Positions 11,745-23,225 of a DNA stretch of 64,000 bases are shown here, in pieces. A program made the position numbers and the translations under genes. Each line of letters opens with the position of its first letter. Position 1 is the stretch's first letter. Source of the stretch: Ginglymostoma cirratum (taxonomy: Eukaryota); assembly GCA_024137785.1 (NCBI GenBank), contig JAHRHZ010000079.1:9833073-9897072 (forward strand), read 5' to 3'. Under the pieces are notes generated by a model that worked only from the letters and a program-made list of their open reading frames with translations, did no database searches and was not told where the DNA came from.

Positions 11745-12245
11745 ATAGGGAACAACTTCAAACAATTTTGGGGGTAACACATAATTTGGGATAATTGTGT
11801 GAAGGACTATTTAACTTCAAAAGAAGATTGATGGGATAAGTGGATGAAGTTCAATGCAAAGAGGTGTGAGATGATACATTTTGGTATGAGGAACTGTTAG
11901 AGACAATATAAATAAAGGCTACCACTTTAAATGGTTTGCAGGAGCAAAAAACATTTGGCTGTATTTGAACATAAGTCATTAAATTTGCAGACAGAGAGTG
12001 CTGTTAATAACACATACAGTATTCTACCCTTTACAAATAGAAGCATGGAGTTCAACAGCAAGGAGGTTACAGTGCATTTATTTAAGACCCTGCTCAGAAC
12101 TTAGCTGGGCTATTGAGCAATTCTGACCAATTGAAACTATGAAACTATGTTTTTGAGAATGGTTCCCAGGGAGGAGACACTTCAGTTATGAGGAAAGATT
12201 AGAGGAGATGGGACTGCGTCCTTTCATTGGAAATGGCTGAAAGAT
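11745..12245 (+). mobile_element. CR1 LINE RT C-terminal fragment
   Basis: tggatgaagttcaatgcaaagaggtgtgagatgatacattttgg reads WMKFNAKRCEMIHFG. Confidence 0.75.
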
Positions 12246-12259
12246 GTAAGCAGAAGTTA

Positions 12260-12357
12260 AAAAGAAGTGCTGCAGAAGCTCAACAGATCTGGCAACATCT
12301 GTGGAGAGAGAAATAGAGTTAACGTTTTAAGTCTGGTATGATTCCTCTTCGTAACTG
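12260..12357 (-). mobile_element. PLE-terminus fragment (family B)
   Basis: gaagctcaacagatctggcaacatctgtggagagagaaatagagttaacgttt matches family B ends. Confidence 0.65.
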
Positions 12358-12559
12358 TTCAACATAATTCTTTGATTTGTGGCTACATGACAGTGACTGC
12401 ATCCCTTACTCAAGTTCCAAAACCTAGAGATCTACTTTTATAGCATGTAACACTTCCTACACATGTGATTGTCTAGGACACTTGGTATATCCATGACTTT
12501 CCATATATACTGCAGGGTGTACATAACACCAGGCCAAGCTGACCCGCCATACCATAATG

Positions 12560-13310
12560 TTGTGAAATATTTTATTGCAATTAGCATAAGTAGAATAGCT
12601 TACCAGTTATTCTCCCAATGACCTTCTTACTCTGTACCAACCTAAGTGTCAATAAGTGAAAAGGGTTGAAAGAGAAAGGAACACCTCATTCTCTGCTTCA
12701 CTGAATTCTGTCACCTACCAAACTCCCACTTAACATTCTATGCACCCAAACCAGCATTGTGAGGTTATTGAAATGTTTCCAGAATTGAACTCTAGCCCTT
12801 TCAGTTGTTCTCTTGAAATTGACCTGCAAATTATCTGCTCTGACTGCCATTTGAGCATATGTCAGAAAGGCTTCCTCTCCCATTGCTGATGCAGGACATC
12901 TCTTCACCTATCCACCAACTCCACTACTGCCTCCCAGCACTGTGTCTGAAATTCTTGGAGTCATGTTCTCCCAAGTTGTGCAATTCTTCGCCTTTTCCCA
13001 GGTCAGATTCCGTCCATAAGCACCCCCTCAGCCACAACGCACATTCCCTTTGAGCTGCAGGCTAACTTTAAGTGATACAAAATATACATTCATGATATTG
13101 GCACCTGGCTCAAGTGTCCAGCCAATAAACAGCTTGGTTATCTTGCTGGATGCAGAGATCAGGGCAGTAGTAAGCAGCATGAAGCTGGCGTGTTGCCAGC
13201 ATCGCAATTAGTTGCACATCACAGTTGTTGTACATGTTTCTGGAGGCTTTCCAATTTACCTTAGATATTAAATCCCATTGATGAGAGTACTAACCTGAAA
13301 TCACGAAAAG
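12560..13310 (-). mobile_element. Probable Harbinger-derived fragment with Myb/SANT-like remnant
   Basis: ORF 12698-12907 ...RARVQFWKHFNNLT resembles the QC.K.FNDL motif of Harbinger Myb proteins. Confidence 0.4.
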
Positions 13311-13682
13311 CCCAAATTCCCCATCCGAAGATTGACTTTCAAGTCAGGAGATACATGACTTTTATATATTCCTTTGCCCTTTCAAATGAAACCTTAAAAC
13401 TCAACTTAACAGCAAGGCTTGAAATTTTAGTTATACACTTATTCACAATGATACATATATTTTCTGTGGCCTTTTAATTCATTTGCATCAAAGAATTAAA
13501 TTCTCATGTTCTGTTTTTGAAGGTAAGTAGAGAAAAGAAAGTTTTAATGGACAAATAATGCATGCAAAGGGACCTGCAAGTTATGAACACATACAATACC
13601 AATAACTTTTTATTGATTAGGTGTTTGCATTCATGATTGCACAATGCAAACTATTCATGTCCTGAAAGTTATAATGCATTTT

Positions 13683-15140
13683 GTTTCTCCGATACATCAA
13701 TGATATAATCGGTGCTGCCTTCCTCTCTCATTTAGAATTGGAAAACTTCATCAATTTCACCTACAATTTCCACCCTGCCCTCACCTTCATCTGGTCTGTC
13801 TCTGACTCCTCCCTTCCCTTCCTCTTTCTGTTTCCATTTCTGGGGATAGACTGGCCACTAATATCCATTACAAACCCACCGACTCCCACAGCTACCTGGA
13901 CTATACATCATCACACCTCACTTCCTGTAAAGACTCCATCCCATTCTCTCAGTTCCTCCATCTGCGTCGCATATGTTCAGATGAGGCCAACTTCGACAAG
14001 GGAGCCTCCAAAATATCCACATTCTTCCTCAACCGAGGATTCTCCGGCTCCGTTGTCGACAGCGCCCTCAATCGGGTCCGACCCATCTCCTGCACTTCTG
14101 CCCTCACCCCTCCTCTTCCCTGCCACAACAGCGATAGGGTTCCCCTCATCCTCACCTACCATCCCACCAGCGTCCACATCCAGAAGATCATCAGACGCCA
14201 TTTCCGCCACCACCCGACACATATTCCCCTCCCCTCCCCTCCCCTCCCTTGTCCGCCTTCCGCAGGGACCATTCCCCCAGGGACACCCTGGTCCATACTT
14301 CCTTCACCCACAACACCTCCCCACAGACCTATGGCACCTTCCCTTGGAACCAGCGAAGGTGCAACACCTGCCCCTTTACCACCTCCCACCCCAGAATCCA
14401 AGGGCCCAAACATATCTTCCAGGTGAAGCAAAACTTCGCATGCACTTCCAAGAATCTAGTCTACTGCATTAGCTGCTCACAATGTGGTCTCCTCTACATT
14501 GGGGAAACGAAGCATAGACTTAGTGACTGCTTTGCAGAACATCTACGGTCTACTCGCAAAAAAGACCCTGAACTACCTGTTGCCTGCCACTTGAATGCAC
14601 CACCTTGCTTCCTGGCCAACATCTCTGTCTCTGGCTTGCTGCAGTGCTCCAGTGAAGCCCAACGCAAGCTGGAGGAACAACACCTCATTTTCCTACCCTA
14701 CAGCCCTCCGGACTCAATACTGAGTTCAATAATTTTAGAGCTGAAACTCTCCCATGTCCCGGCCCCCCACCCCACACACTAGGCCTTGTTATCACATAGC
14801 CTACCACTACACACCCCCTGTTGTTAGTCACTAACAGTCCCCATTGACAACTACTCACCCTCCCAGCCTGATCGTTAGCAACTCCTTTGTCTGTCCAACC
14901 GTCTTTCTCTCTTTTTGGGCTCTATCCTATCGTTTACTCCCTACCTCACCCACCTCCCTATTTTCTGCATATAAACTGACCTTTTCCCAGCCACCATCAG
15001 TTCTGAGGAAGATTCACCGGATGGGAAACAGAGAAGACTCTGTTTTCTCCGCCACAGATGCTGCCAGACCTGCCGAGCTTTTCCAGCAACTTTGTTTTTG
15101 TTCCTGATTCACAGCATCCGCAGTTCTTTTGGTTTTTATT
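13683..15140 (+). mobile_element. Penelope-like element (family B), 5'-truncated, RT C-terminus and GIY-YIG endonuclease, frameshifted
   Basis: FLRYINDI (YIDD-type), FHPALTF, CNTCP, NLVYCISCSQCGLLYIGETKHRLSDCFAEH; terminal ctgagga...gaaac; TSD taatgcatttt at 13672-13682 and 15141-15151. Confidence 0.93.
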
Positions 15141-15602
15141 TAATGCATTTTTTTTGTTGCTGCAATTACAAGCTGCTTGTCTGTAAAGCAGTTCCAAGAT
15201 ATGAAAGATATTATTGTGCCATGCAACTAAGTGTAACTCTGTTAACAAACATCCTCCAAAAGCAAATAAGCTAGTTATTTGTCTCATTTGTTTCTGTGGA
15301 AGCCTTCAATGTGTAATAATACTTTTGTGATGACAGTCAAATAGGCAGGATTTTATGGTTTCCAGTGGGGTAAATCAAATGGAATGGGAAGTACATGCTC
15401 CCTCACAGCCCTCTTCTGCACCCCTTACCATTTGAGCATGGTGCATCAAGCATCAGCCAGCCAAGGGGATCTGTAAAATGCTAACCCCCACACCCCCCAC
15501 CAAATAAGTCATTGTTATAAAGTGTTCTGGTGTTTGTTATCAATCTGTTAAGTCATGCATGCTTTGATTTCTGTATTGTAGTTATGATTTAATATGCCCT
15601 AT

Positions 15603-15755
15603 GGGGGGGGAAGCTGATGGCCTATTGGTATTATCACTAGATTATTATTCCAGAAACACAGCTAATGTTCTGGGGACCTGAGTTCGAATCTCGCCACAGC
15701 AGATGATGGAATTTCAATTTCAAAGAAGAAACTGGAATTAAGGATCTACTGATGA
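15603..15755 (+). mobile_element. tRNA-like head of the SINE/LINE family
   Basis: B box gagttcgaatctc near 15680; similar to 27557-27700 and 5487-5630. Confidence 0.7.
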
Positions 15756-15764
15756 ATAGGAAAT

Positions 15765-16083
15765 GGCAGTGGCACAGTGGCTCAGTGGTTAGCACTGCTG
15801 CCTCACAGCGCCAGCGACCCAAGTTCAATTTCACCCTAGAGCGAATGTCTGTATGGAGTTTGCACATTCTCCCCGTGTCTGCGTGGGTTTCCTCCGGGTG
15901 CTCTGGTTTCCTCCCACAGTCCAAAGATGTGCAGGTTAGGTGGATTGGCCATAGCTTTTGGGGATGTGTAGATTAGGTGTGTTATAGGGGGATGGGTCTG
16001 GGTGGGATGCTCCAAGGGTCGGTGTGGATTTGTTGGACCAAAGGACATGTTTCCACACTGTAGGGATTCTATGTCTATGTCTA
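15765..16083 (+). mobile_element. HE1-type V-SINE
   Basis: A box gtggctcagtggttagc, V domain, tail gtagggattctatgtctatgtcta. Confidence 0.9.
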
Positions 16084-17053
16084 ATGGGTATCGGGGGGGA
16101 AACTCTCCAGTATTTGAAGTCATTCCTGACACACAGGAAGATGGCTGTGGTTGTTGAAGGTCAGCCAATTCGGCTCCGGTACCCCTCTGCAGGAGTTCCT
16201 CAGGGTAATGACCTAGGCCCAACCATCTTCAGCTGCTTCATCAATGACCTTCCCTCCATCATAAGGTGAGAAGTACAGATATTTGCCAATGATTGTACAT
16301 CATTCAGCGACGTTTGCGACTCCTCAGATGTTGACTCCATGTTCAAATGCAACAAGAAAGGGTGGCACAGTGGCTCAGTTGTTGGCACTGCTGCTTCACG
16401 GCGCCAGCGACCCAGGTTCAATTCCACCCTCAGGCAACTGTCTGTGTGGAGTTTGCACATTCTCCCCGTGTCTGCATGGGTTTCCATCGGGTGCTCCGGT
16501 TTCCTCCGACAGCCCAAAGATGTGCAGCCTAGGTGGATTGGAAGTACTAAATTGCCTGTAGTGTTCAGGGATGTGTAGTTGAGGTGGGTTATGGGTGGAT
16601 GGGTTTGGGTGGGATGCTCTGAGGGTCAGTGTGGACTTGTTGGGCTGAAGGGCCTGTTTCCACACTGTAGGGATTCTATGATTTTATGAAGATCTGGACA
16701 ATATCCAGGCTTGGGTTGACAAGTGGCAAGTAACATCTGTACCACACAAATACCAAGCTATGACCATCCCAAGAAGAGGCTATCTAACCATTACCCCAAC
16801 ATCCTGGGGGTTACCATTGTCCAGAAACTCAACTGGTCTCACCACATAAACACAGTGGCTACAAGAGCAGGTCAGAGGCTAGGAATACTGTGACGAGTAA
16901 CTCATCGCTTGACTCTCCAAAGCCTGTCCACCATCTCCAAGGAACAAGTCAGGAGTGTGACAGAGTACGCGCTATTTGTGTGGATGAGTGCAGTCCCAAC
17001 AACACTCAACAAGCTTGACACCATCCAGGACAGGGCACCCTGTTTAATTGGCA
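16084..17053 (+). mobile_element. CR1-like LINE RT fragment split by an HE1 SINE
   Basis: SAGVPQGNDLGPTIFSCFINDLPSII; resumes at gatctggacaatatccagg after 16688; LNKLDTIQDRA. Confidence 0.85.
16360..16688 (+). mobile_element. HE1-type V-SINE
   Basis: gggtggcacagtggctcag head, B box ggttcaattcc, V domain, tail gtagggattctatg. Confidence 0.92.
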
Positions 17054-17059
17054 GTTTCT

Positions 17060-17666
17060 CTTGCAGAGAGTTGTTGCCACGGTGGAGCCAGAATGTCAGC
17101 TTCAGAAGCTGTACGTAAACAGCTTTGAGCTCCTTGAGTTTTTTTTAATTAGACAAAAGTAGCATGTGCAAGTGGAATCAGGCTGATGCTGACCTGGGAT
17201 TTTAGTTGTGCTTTTAGTTGGGGTTTGGTATTGGCTGTTGAAGCTGAGAGGTACAGCTTTCTGTCTGCTGCAGCAAAAAACTTGAACTCTGCCTCTGCTC
17301 CTAGATTGTTTCTTTCAGTGTTCCTTTCTCCTGGACTGGAAAGGAAATAGCACGTGAGGAAATTATGTTTTGCTAAATTTGCCTTTGTCAAAGGTGTGTT
17401 TATGGCATGCTGCTATATTGGTCAAGCTGATCATTAGTCATTAAATTATATATGATTTTATTAAATATTTCAATAGTTATTGTTATGCCAATTCTCTTTT
17501 GCTTGCTTTTTAAGTGTTGTCAGAATAAAGTGTGTTTTGCTTAAAGCCTAGTAGTGGACTAATTGAATCACATCTGGAACACAGCATCTTACAGTTGCCT
17601 TTAAAATAAAAGTTAGAGTCTAGGCTATATCCTTGATATATTTTGAGTGGACTTCATCTGGTAACA
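17060..17666 (+). mobile_element. Possible LTR remnant
   Basis: AATAAA near 17524 followed by a U5-like stretch ending ...ggtaaca; no partner LTR in window. Confidence 0.3.
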
Positions 17667-19183
17667 AATTTGTTAGGCATAGAGCAGATGGATATAGAAA
17701 ATCATAAAAGTGATCCCTGTAACTTTCTACCCATTTTTGTTGATGGATGGTGAACTGTCATAACGTTTGCCTATGATTTTCCTCTAAAGTGTTTCCTGCA
17801 TGCTAGGCCCTCCAAGTTCTACTCTGTCAACTTATCGTCTGAAATATTACCTTTTGTTTCTTTTCGTTGCAAACTGATCTACATATTTCTAAGTTCCTAC
17901 TTGTTTACCAGCTTTTTGTCCCAGCATCGTAGTGCCTTTAAATTTACAAGAGCAAACCATTTGCACTTAAACCTATCACTTGATATGAATCCAGAAGTGT
18001 CACGACACAGGTAACAATTGATACAGATTGAATAGAACAAGAACGATTATGTTCAGCAGAAAATGATATGTTGATAAAATATTTTGTAAGCTAATGGGTT
18101 AAGCAATGCAGCAATGGCTATCACAATCTGTTTTATTAGAACTACATCTAATTATTTTGATACATTTGCAAAATGAATTTGTGACGACCTAGAAGTTAAA
18201 ACAATGTATTCAATACAATAATGATTTCTTTAAAATATGAGGCTCCTACTGTTCTAAACGTCGATGTGATTATCTCAATGACAAATTCAATTCAGCCTCT
18301 TTGTAATACGGAAGCAAATCTATTTACGGATTCGATCTTCATGAAATATTTTGAATTCTGCATTAAATTACTGGATTAAAAATAAAACTCCTTTTCTTTG
18401 GAGACCAGCGATTTCAATAAAGTTAAAACTAATCGACAGTTCACTTGACAAGACCAAAGAATAAACTTTTGATAAAATGGACTGAATTCTTTTTTTGATG
18501 CTCAGGCTCACTTCAGTGCATGGGTGGCAGGAATCTTGGTAGCCAGCTGGAGAGTCACCGAAAGACCAACAGCATCCTTTCCAGGCAAAGGCCATTGAAT
18601 TTAACACCAATCAGGCATTGTCGAGATCACTGGTCGGTCCGTGCTTGGAATTAAAACCTTAATGAAAGAAGTCCCGATGAATCAGAGCTGCCAGCCAATT
18701 GGAAACTGGCAGCTCTTGCATTCAGCAGTGTCCTGGTTGTGGTTGCAAATGGAAGAGTAACCTAAAGTCCAAGGGATATAGAGGATCCAGGAGTACACTC
18801 AATTTGTGGAGATAAATCAGGAAAAGCAGGTCATGTGAGTCAGAAGCAAGTTCAAGAGGTGTGGCTCCCATGAGCAACTTTAATGCCACATGTCTAGTTC
18901 CTCAATCGGGCATCAATTGTCTTTCATCAAGCCCTCTCTCCTGACATATCAAGCTATCCTCACAACTTGACCTGCCCACCATGGTCACAAGCTCATTTGC
19001 AGCTGGGTTTATGTTTGTGGACACAGGCAATTAATTGGCTACTGAAGGGCCATCGTTATTATCTAGATCGTCAATGGACCTTCCCATCCTGGATAAATTC
19101 TAGCAGAGGCTGGAAGGCAATGAGGTTTAGGTATACTGTCAGCTCATTGAATTAAGTGTGCTTCCTGCCTTGAAGCTCATTAC

Positions 19184-19465
19184 CTCTGGTAACATGAGAT
19201 TCTGACGTTAGTTTTTGTTTCGGAAGAAATCTAATTTCCGCCATGTCTTTCTGATCAATCATTATTTTTCTAATATATTTCTGCAGGTCAGGAAGCACTG
19301 AGTTCGAGTTCCTCATTATAAATAAGGGACAAAAGTAAGATATGCTCTCATTCACTAATATCTCAGTATTTATGGTTTTGTAAGATTTTGGAAGCCCATT
19401 GAAAATATCCCAGGTTTGACAGTTTATGAAGAAATTGGAAAGATTCAGGAGGAGTCTGGAACATT
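19184..19465 (-). CDS. Candidate 282-nt phase 1/1 coding exon of an unidentified gene
   Basis: Acceptor tttttcacatacatttcag, donor gag|gtaatg, open frame (E)CSRLLLNLSNFFINCQTWDIF...PDLQKYIRKIMIDQKDMAEIRFLPKQKLTSESHVTR; no repeat recognised. Confidence 0.35.
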
Positions 19466-19650
19466 CTGAAATGTATGTGAAAAATATTTTCGCAACTCCA
19501 AGTATCACAATTGGGCGTTATATTATAATATAGATGTGTTTCAATGCAATGCTTCTTCATCAGAATCCGACCCTGAAGAATAAGCTCACCCTTGCATTAA
19601 CCTGCCTTGTGTATTTGTTTGTGTACATTATAGTGCTTTCCCAATGAAAA

Positions 19651-19962
19651 TGGCACCATATGGCTCAGTGATTAGCACTGCTGCCTCACAGTGCTAGGGA
19701 CCCGGGTTCAATTCCACCTTCGGGTGACTGTCTGTGTGGAGTTTGCACGTTCTCTCCGCGGGTTTCCTCTGGGTGCTCTCCCACAGTCCAAAGATGTGCA
19801 AGCTAGGTGGATTGGCCATGCTAAATTGCCCATAGTGTTCAGGGATGTGTAGTTTAGGTGGGTTATGGGGGGATGGGTCTTGGGTGGCATGCTCTGAGGG
19901 TCGATGTGGACTTGTTAGGCCAAAGGGCCTGTTTCCACACTGTAAGGGTTCTATGAATCTAT
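19651..19962 (+). mobile_element. HE1-type V-SINE
   Basis: tggctcagtgattagcactgctgcc, B box ggttcaattcc, V domain, tail. Confidence 0.9.
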
Positions 19963-20329
19963 AATGTCTTGTCAGCATGCATTATCATCTTTTGTACCAT
20001 GATGTAGACAGATCTGATTAATCATTTTTAAAAAGTAGTTTTGGCATTTCACGTAAGTCTACACTTAAAACAAATATGCTACATGCTCCCTTTAACTGAT
20101 CAGAACCTTGCTTTGAAATTTCCATAAGCTCCTACTGCTCATTTTTTTTTCCCTGGAGTTGTCTATTGTTTGGACAGCTGTGTCTGTTATCAATGCTTGG
20201 CTGAGTTTCAAGTTCTCATAAGTGTGAGCATGGTCTTATTCTCTTCCTCTGACAGTAAACGATAGTTTCAAGAAGCTAAAATAACAAACCATTCCTTTGA
20301 GAGTTCTGATTTGTAAATACAACCAATAG

Positions 20330-22680
20330 AGTTAAAATAATTGGAGGCAGGTCTAGTTCAAATGACTATTGTTGTAGTTCTTGGAAATTAATTACTGCAG
20401 GACTTCTTCAGGGTAATGCACTAGGCCCAGAATTCTTAAATTGGATTATCAATTACCTTCCCTCTATTGCAAGGTCAGAAATGGGGATGTTCACTGAAAA
20501 CCACATAATGTTCAGCACTTTTTGTGACTCCTTAGATATTGAAACAATCCATTTCCGTATGCAGTAAGACCTGGTCAACATTCAGACTTGAAAAGAGAGC
20601 AGTGCAAGTAACATTTGCACCACAGAAGAGCCAGACAATGACCTTCCACAACATCTAATCGTATCCCCTTAACATTGACATTCAGTGACATTATAATTGC
20701 TGACATCCCCCATCAAAATAGAACCTGAATTGGATCAACAATAATGCAGTCATTACAAGCAGAGATTGGACGCTAGGAAATCTGTGGTAAGAAACTCATC
20801 ACCTAATTCCCCAAAACCTGTCTAGCACATACAAAGCACAGATTAAGAGTGGGTGCAATGTTCTTTACTTGCCAGGATGACTACAACTTCAACAATGCTC
20901 AAAGTGTTTGACAGTATTCAAGACAAAGCAACTCCTTTGACTGGCACTTTAAACATTCACCCTCTCCACCACATGACAGCAGTGTGTGCTATCTACATGA
21001 TCCACTGCAACAACACACCAAGGCTTCTTTGCAGCACCTTCCAATCCCAAGAACTCCACCACCTGATAGGATAAAGGTGACAAGTATAATGGTAACAGTT
21101 CCACCAGTAGGTTCCCTTCCGAGACACAGAAAACTGCAGATGCTGGATTCCAACGTAGACAAACAGGAGGCTGGAAAAAACACAGCAAGCTGGGCTGCAT
21201 CTGGAGGAGGAGAAGTCAATGTTTTGGGTATTACCCTTCCTCAGGACTGGATATAGGGGTAGGGGGAGCTGCAGATAAAGAGAGGGTGAGGGTAGTGGAA
21301 TGGTAGTGATAGGTGGACACTGGTAGTAGGTACGACCTGGTTGGTTGATGAGAGGGATGAATCTGATTGGTAGCTGGAATTGAAGGGAGGAGTGGGGGCT
21401 GGAAAGGGAGCCAGGGAATGGGTGGGAAGGTTATTTGAAATTAGAGAACTCAATGTTAAGACTTCCGGGCTGTAGGGTGCCCAGGTGGAAGATAAGGTTC
21501 TGTTCCTCAAATTTATGATCTAATTCACTTTGACACTGCAGGAGGCCAAGGATGGACATGTCGGAGGTGTTTTGTTGGGGGCGGGGTGCGAATGGGCGGT
21601 GACTGGGAGTTTAGGCTGGCTGTTTCAGGCCAGGAGAAGACACTTGGCGAAACAGTTGCCTAGTCTACATTTAGTTGCACTGATGTAGAGAAGACCACAT
21701 CAGGAGCAGTGGATGCAGTAGACTAGGTTGGAGGTGATGCAAATGAAACCCTGTCTCACCTGGAAGGACTGTTTAGGGCAGTGGATGGAGGTGAGGGAGG
21801 TGGTGTGCTGGTAGGTATTGCATCTTTTTACGATTACAGGGGTAGGTACTGGGGGTTATGGAGTGGTTGGTGGGGAGTGTGGGGCACACTAAGGAGTGGT
21901 GAAGGGACTGGTTCTTGCAGAAGGCAGAGAGGGGTGGGGAATGGAAGATGTTCTGGGTGGTTGGGTTGAATTGGAGTTGACAGAAGTGTTTGAGGATGAT
22001 ACATTGGATGCGGAGCCTTGTGGGTTGGAAAGTGAGAACAAGGGACACCCTATCTTTATGTTTGGAGGGGGGGATTTAGAGATGATGAGCAGGGAATGGA
22101 GGAGGCGCAGTGGAGGGCTGTCTGGATGACCGAGAGCGGGGAAAGAACGTTGTTTGAAATAGGAAGACATTCAGGATGCTTGGCAGTGGAATGTCTCTTC
22201 ATCAGAGCAGATGCAATGGAGATGAAGGAATTGGGAAAACAAGATGGAGTTTTTGCTGAATACAAGGTGGGAGGAGGTGTAATCCAGGTGGCTATGGGAG
22301 CCTGTGGGTTCATAGTATTTGTTGGCCCATAAACCCGCACCAGAAATGAAAACAGGGAGTTCAAGAAAGGCGAGGGACGTGTCTGAGATAGACCAAGTGA
22401 ATTTGAGGCCGGGTTGGAAGTTGTTATCAAAGTCAATGAACTGTTCCAGTTCAGTCTGGGTGCAGGATGCAGCACCAATGCAGTCATTCTGAGATGGATC
22501 TAAATCATTGTTGCTGGTCTAAAATTATGGAACTCCTTTCCTAACAGCAGTGTGGATATCCCTACACCTCATGGATTACGGTGGTTCAAGAAGGCAGAGC
22601 AGCATCACTTTCTCAATAGGGATGGCAATAAATGTCAGCTCAGCAAGCAATGCTCATGTCCCATGGAGAAATATGAATGT
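20330..22680 (+). mobile_element. CR1-like LINE 3' half interrupted by a PLE (21122-22487)
   Basis: FDSIQDKATPLTG...AVCAIYMIHC; sequence resumes after 22490 and ends with tail agggatggcaataaatg. Confidence 0.75.
21122..22487 (-). mobile_element. Penelope-like element, RT C-terminus and GIY-YIG, degenerate
   Basis: Minus-strand remnants MSSYFKQRSFP, LVLTFQPT.LRIQCIILKHFCQLQ, YPCNRK; terminal ctgaggaagggtaatacccaaaacatt near 21215-21245. Confidence 0.85.
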
Positions 22681-22789
22681 GTTTGCAATATTGATTTCTC
22701 ATGGCAATATACAGAATATTTTCTCAGTGTCCAATGACACAAATGTTTTTTATTAGATAGTCAGAAATTTATTTGTTTTACCCAAGAAG

Positions 22790-23225
22790 TGTAAATATTT
22801 TCCACTTACATTGCATGGAATATGAAGAGATTATAGCAAGCATCCTGGATAAGTGGCTATAAAGGATGCATGAGGAACGTATAGATGGAATGGGTGATTT
22901 GATGGGGCATGAGGATATAATGGAGGATATCATGAAGACTGAGGCGCATAGCCTCAGGTTGAAGAGACGGCCCCTTAGAACTGAGATGAGGAGGAATTTC
23001 TTCACCTAGCGGGTCGTAAAGCTGTGAAACTCTTTGCCACAGAGGTTGTGAAAGCCAAGTCATTGAAGGTCATTGAATTTAAGATCAAGAGTTCTTGATT
23101 AGTGAGGGGATCGAATGTTAAGGGGAAAAGACAGAGGAATGGGTTTGAGAAACATTAGTCATGATTGAATGGCAGAGCACACTCAGTAGGCTGAATGGCC
23201 TAATTCGGTTCCTGTATCTTATAGT
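22790..23225 (+). mobile_element. CR1 LINE 3' end
   Basis: agaactgagatgaggaggaatttcttcacc; tail gaatggcagagcacactcagtaggctgaatggcctaattc. Confidence 0.8.

Noticed and set aside
17925-19334. Plus-strand exon pair 17925-18010 and 19287-19334, phase-compatible, with further open frame after 19366
   Set aside because: Continuation needs a 32-nt intron, too short for vertebrates; overlaps a longer minus-strand candidate; peptide unrecognised
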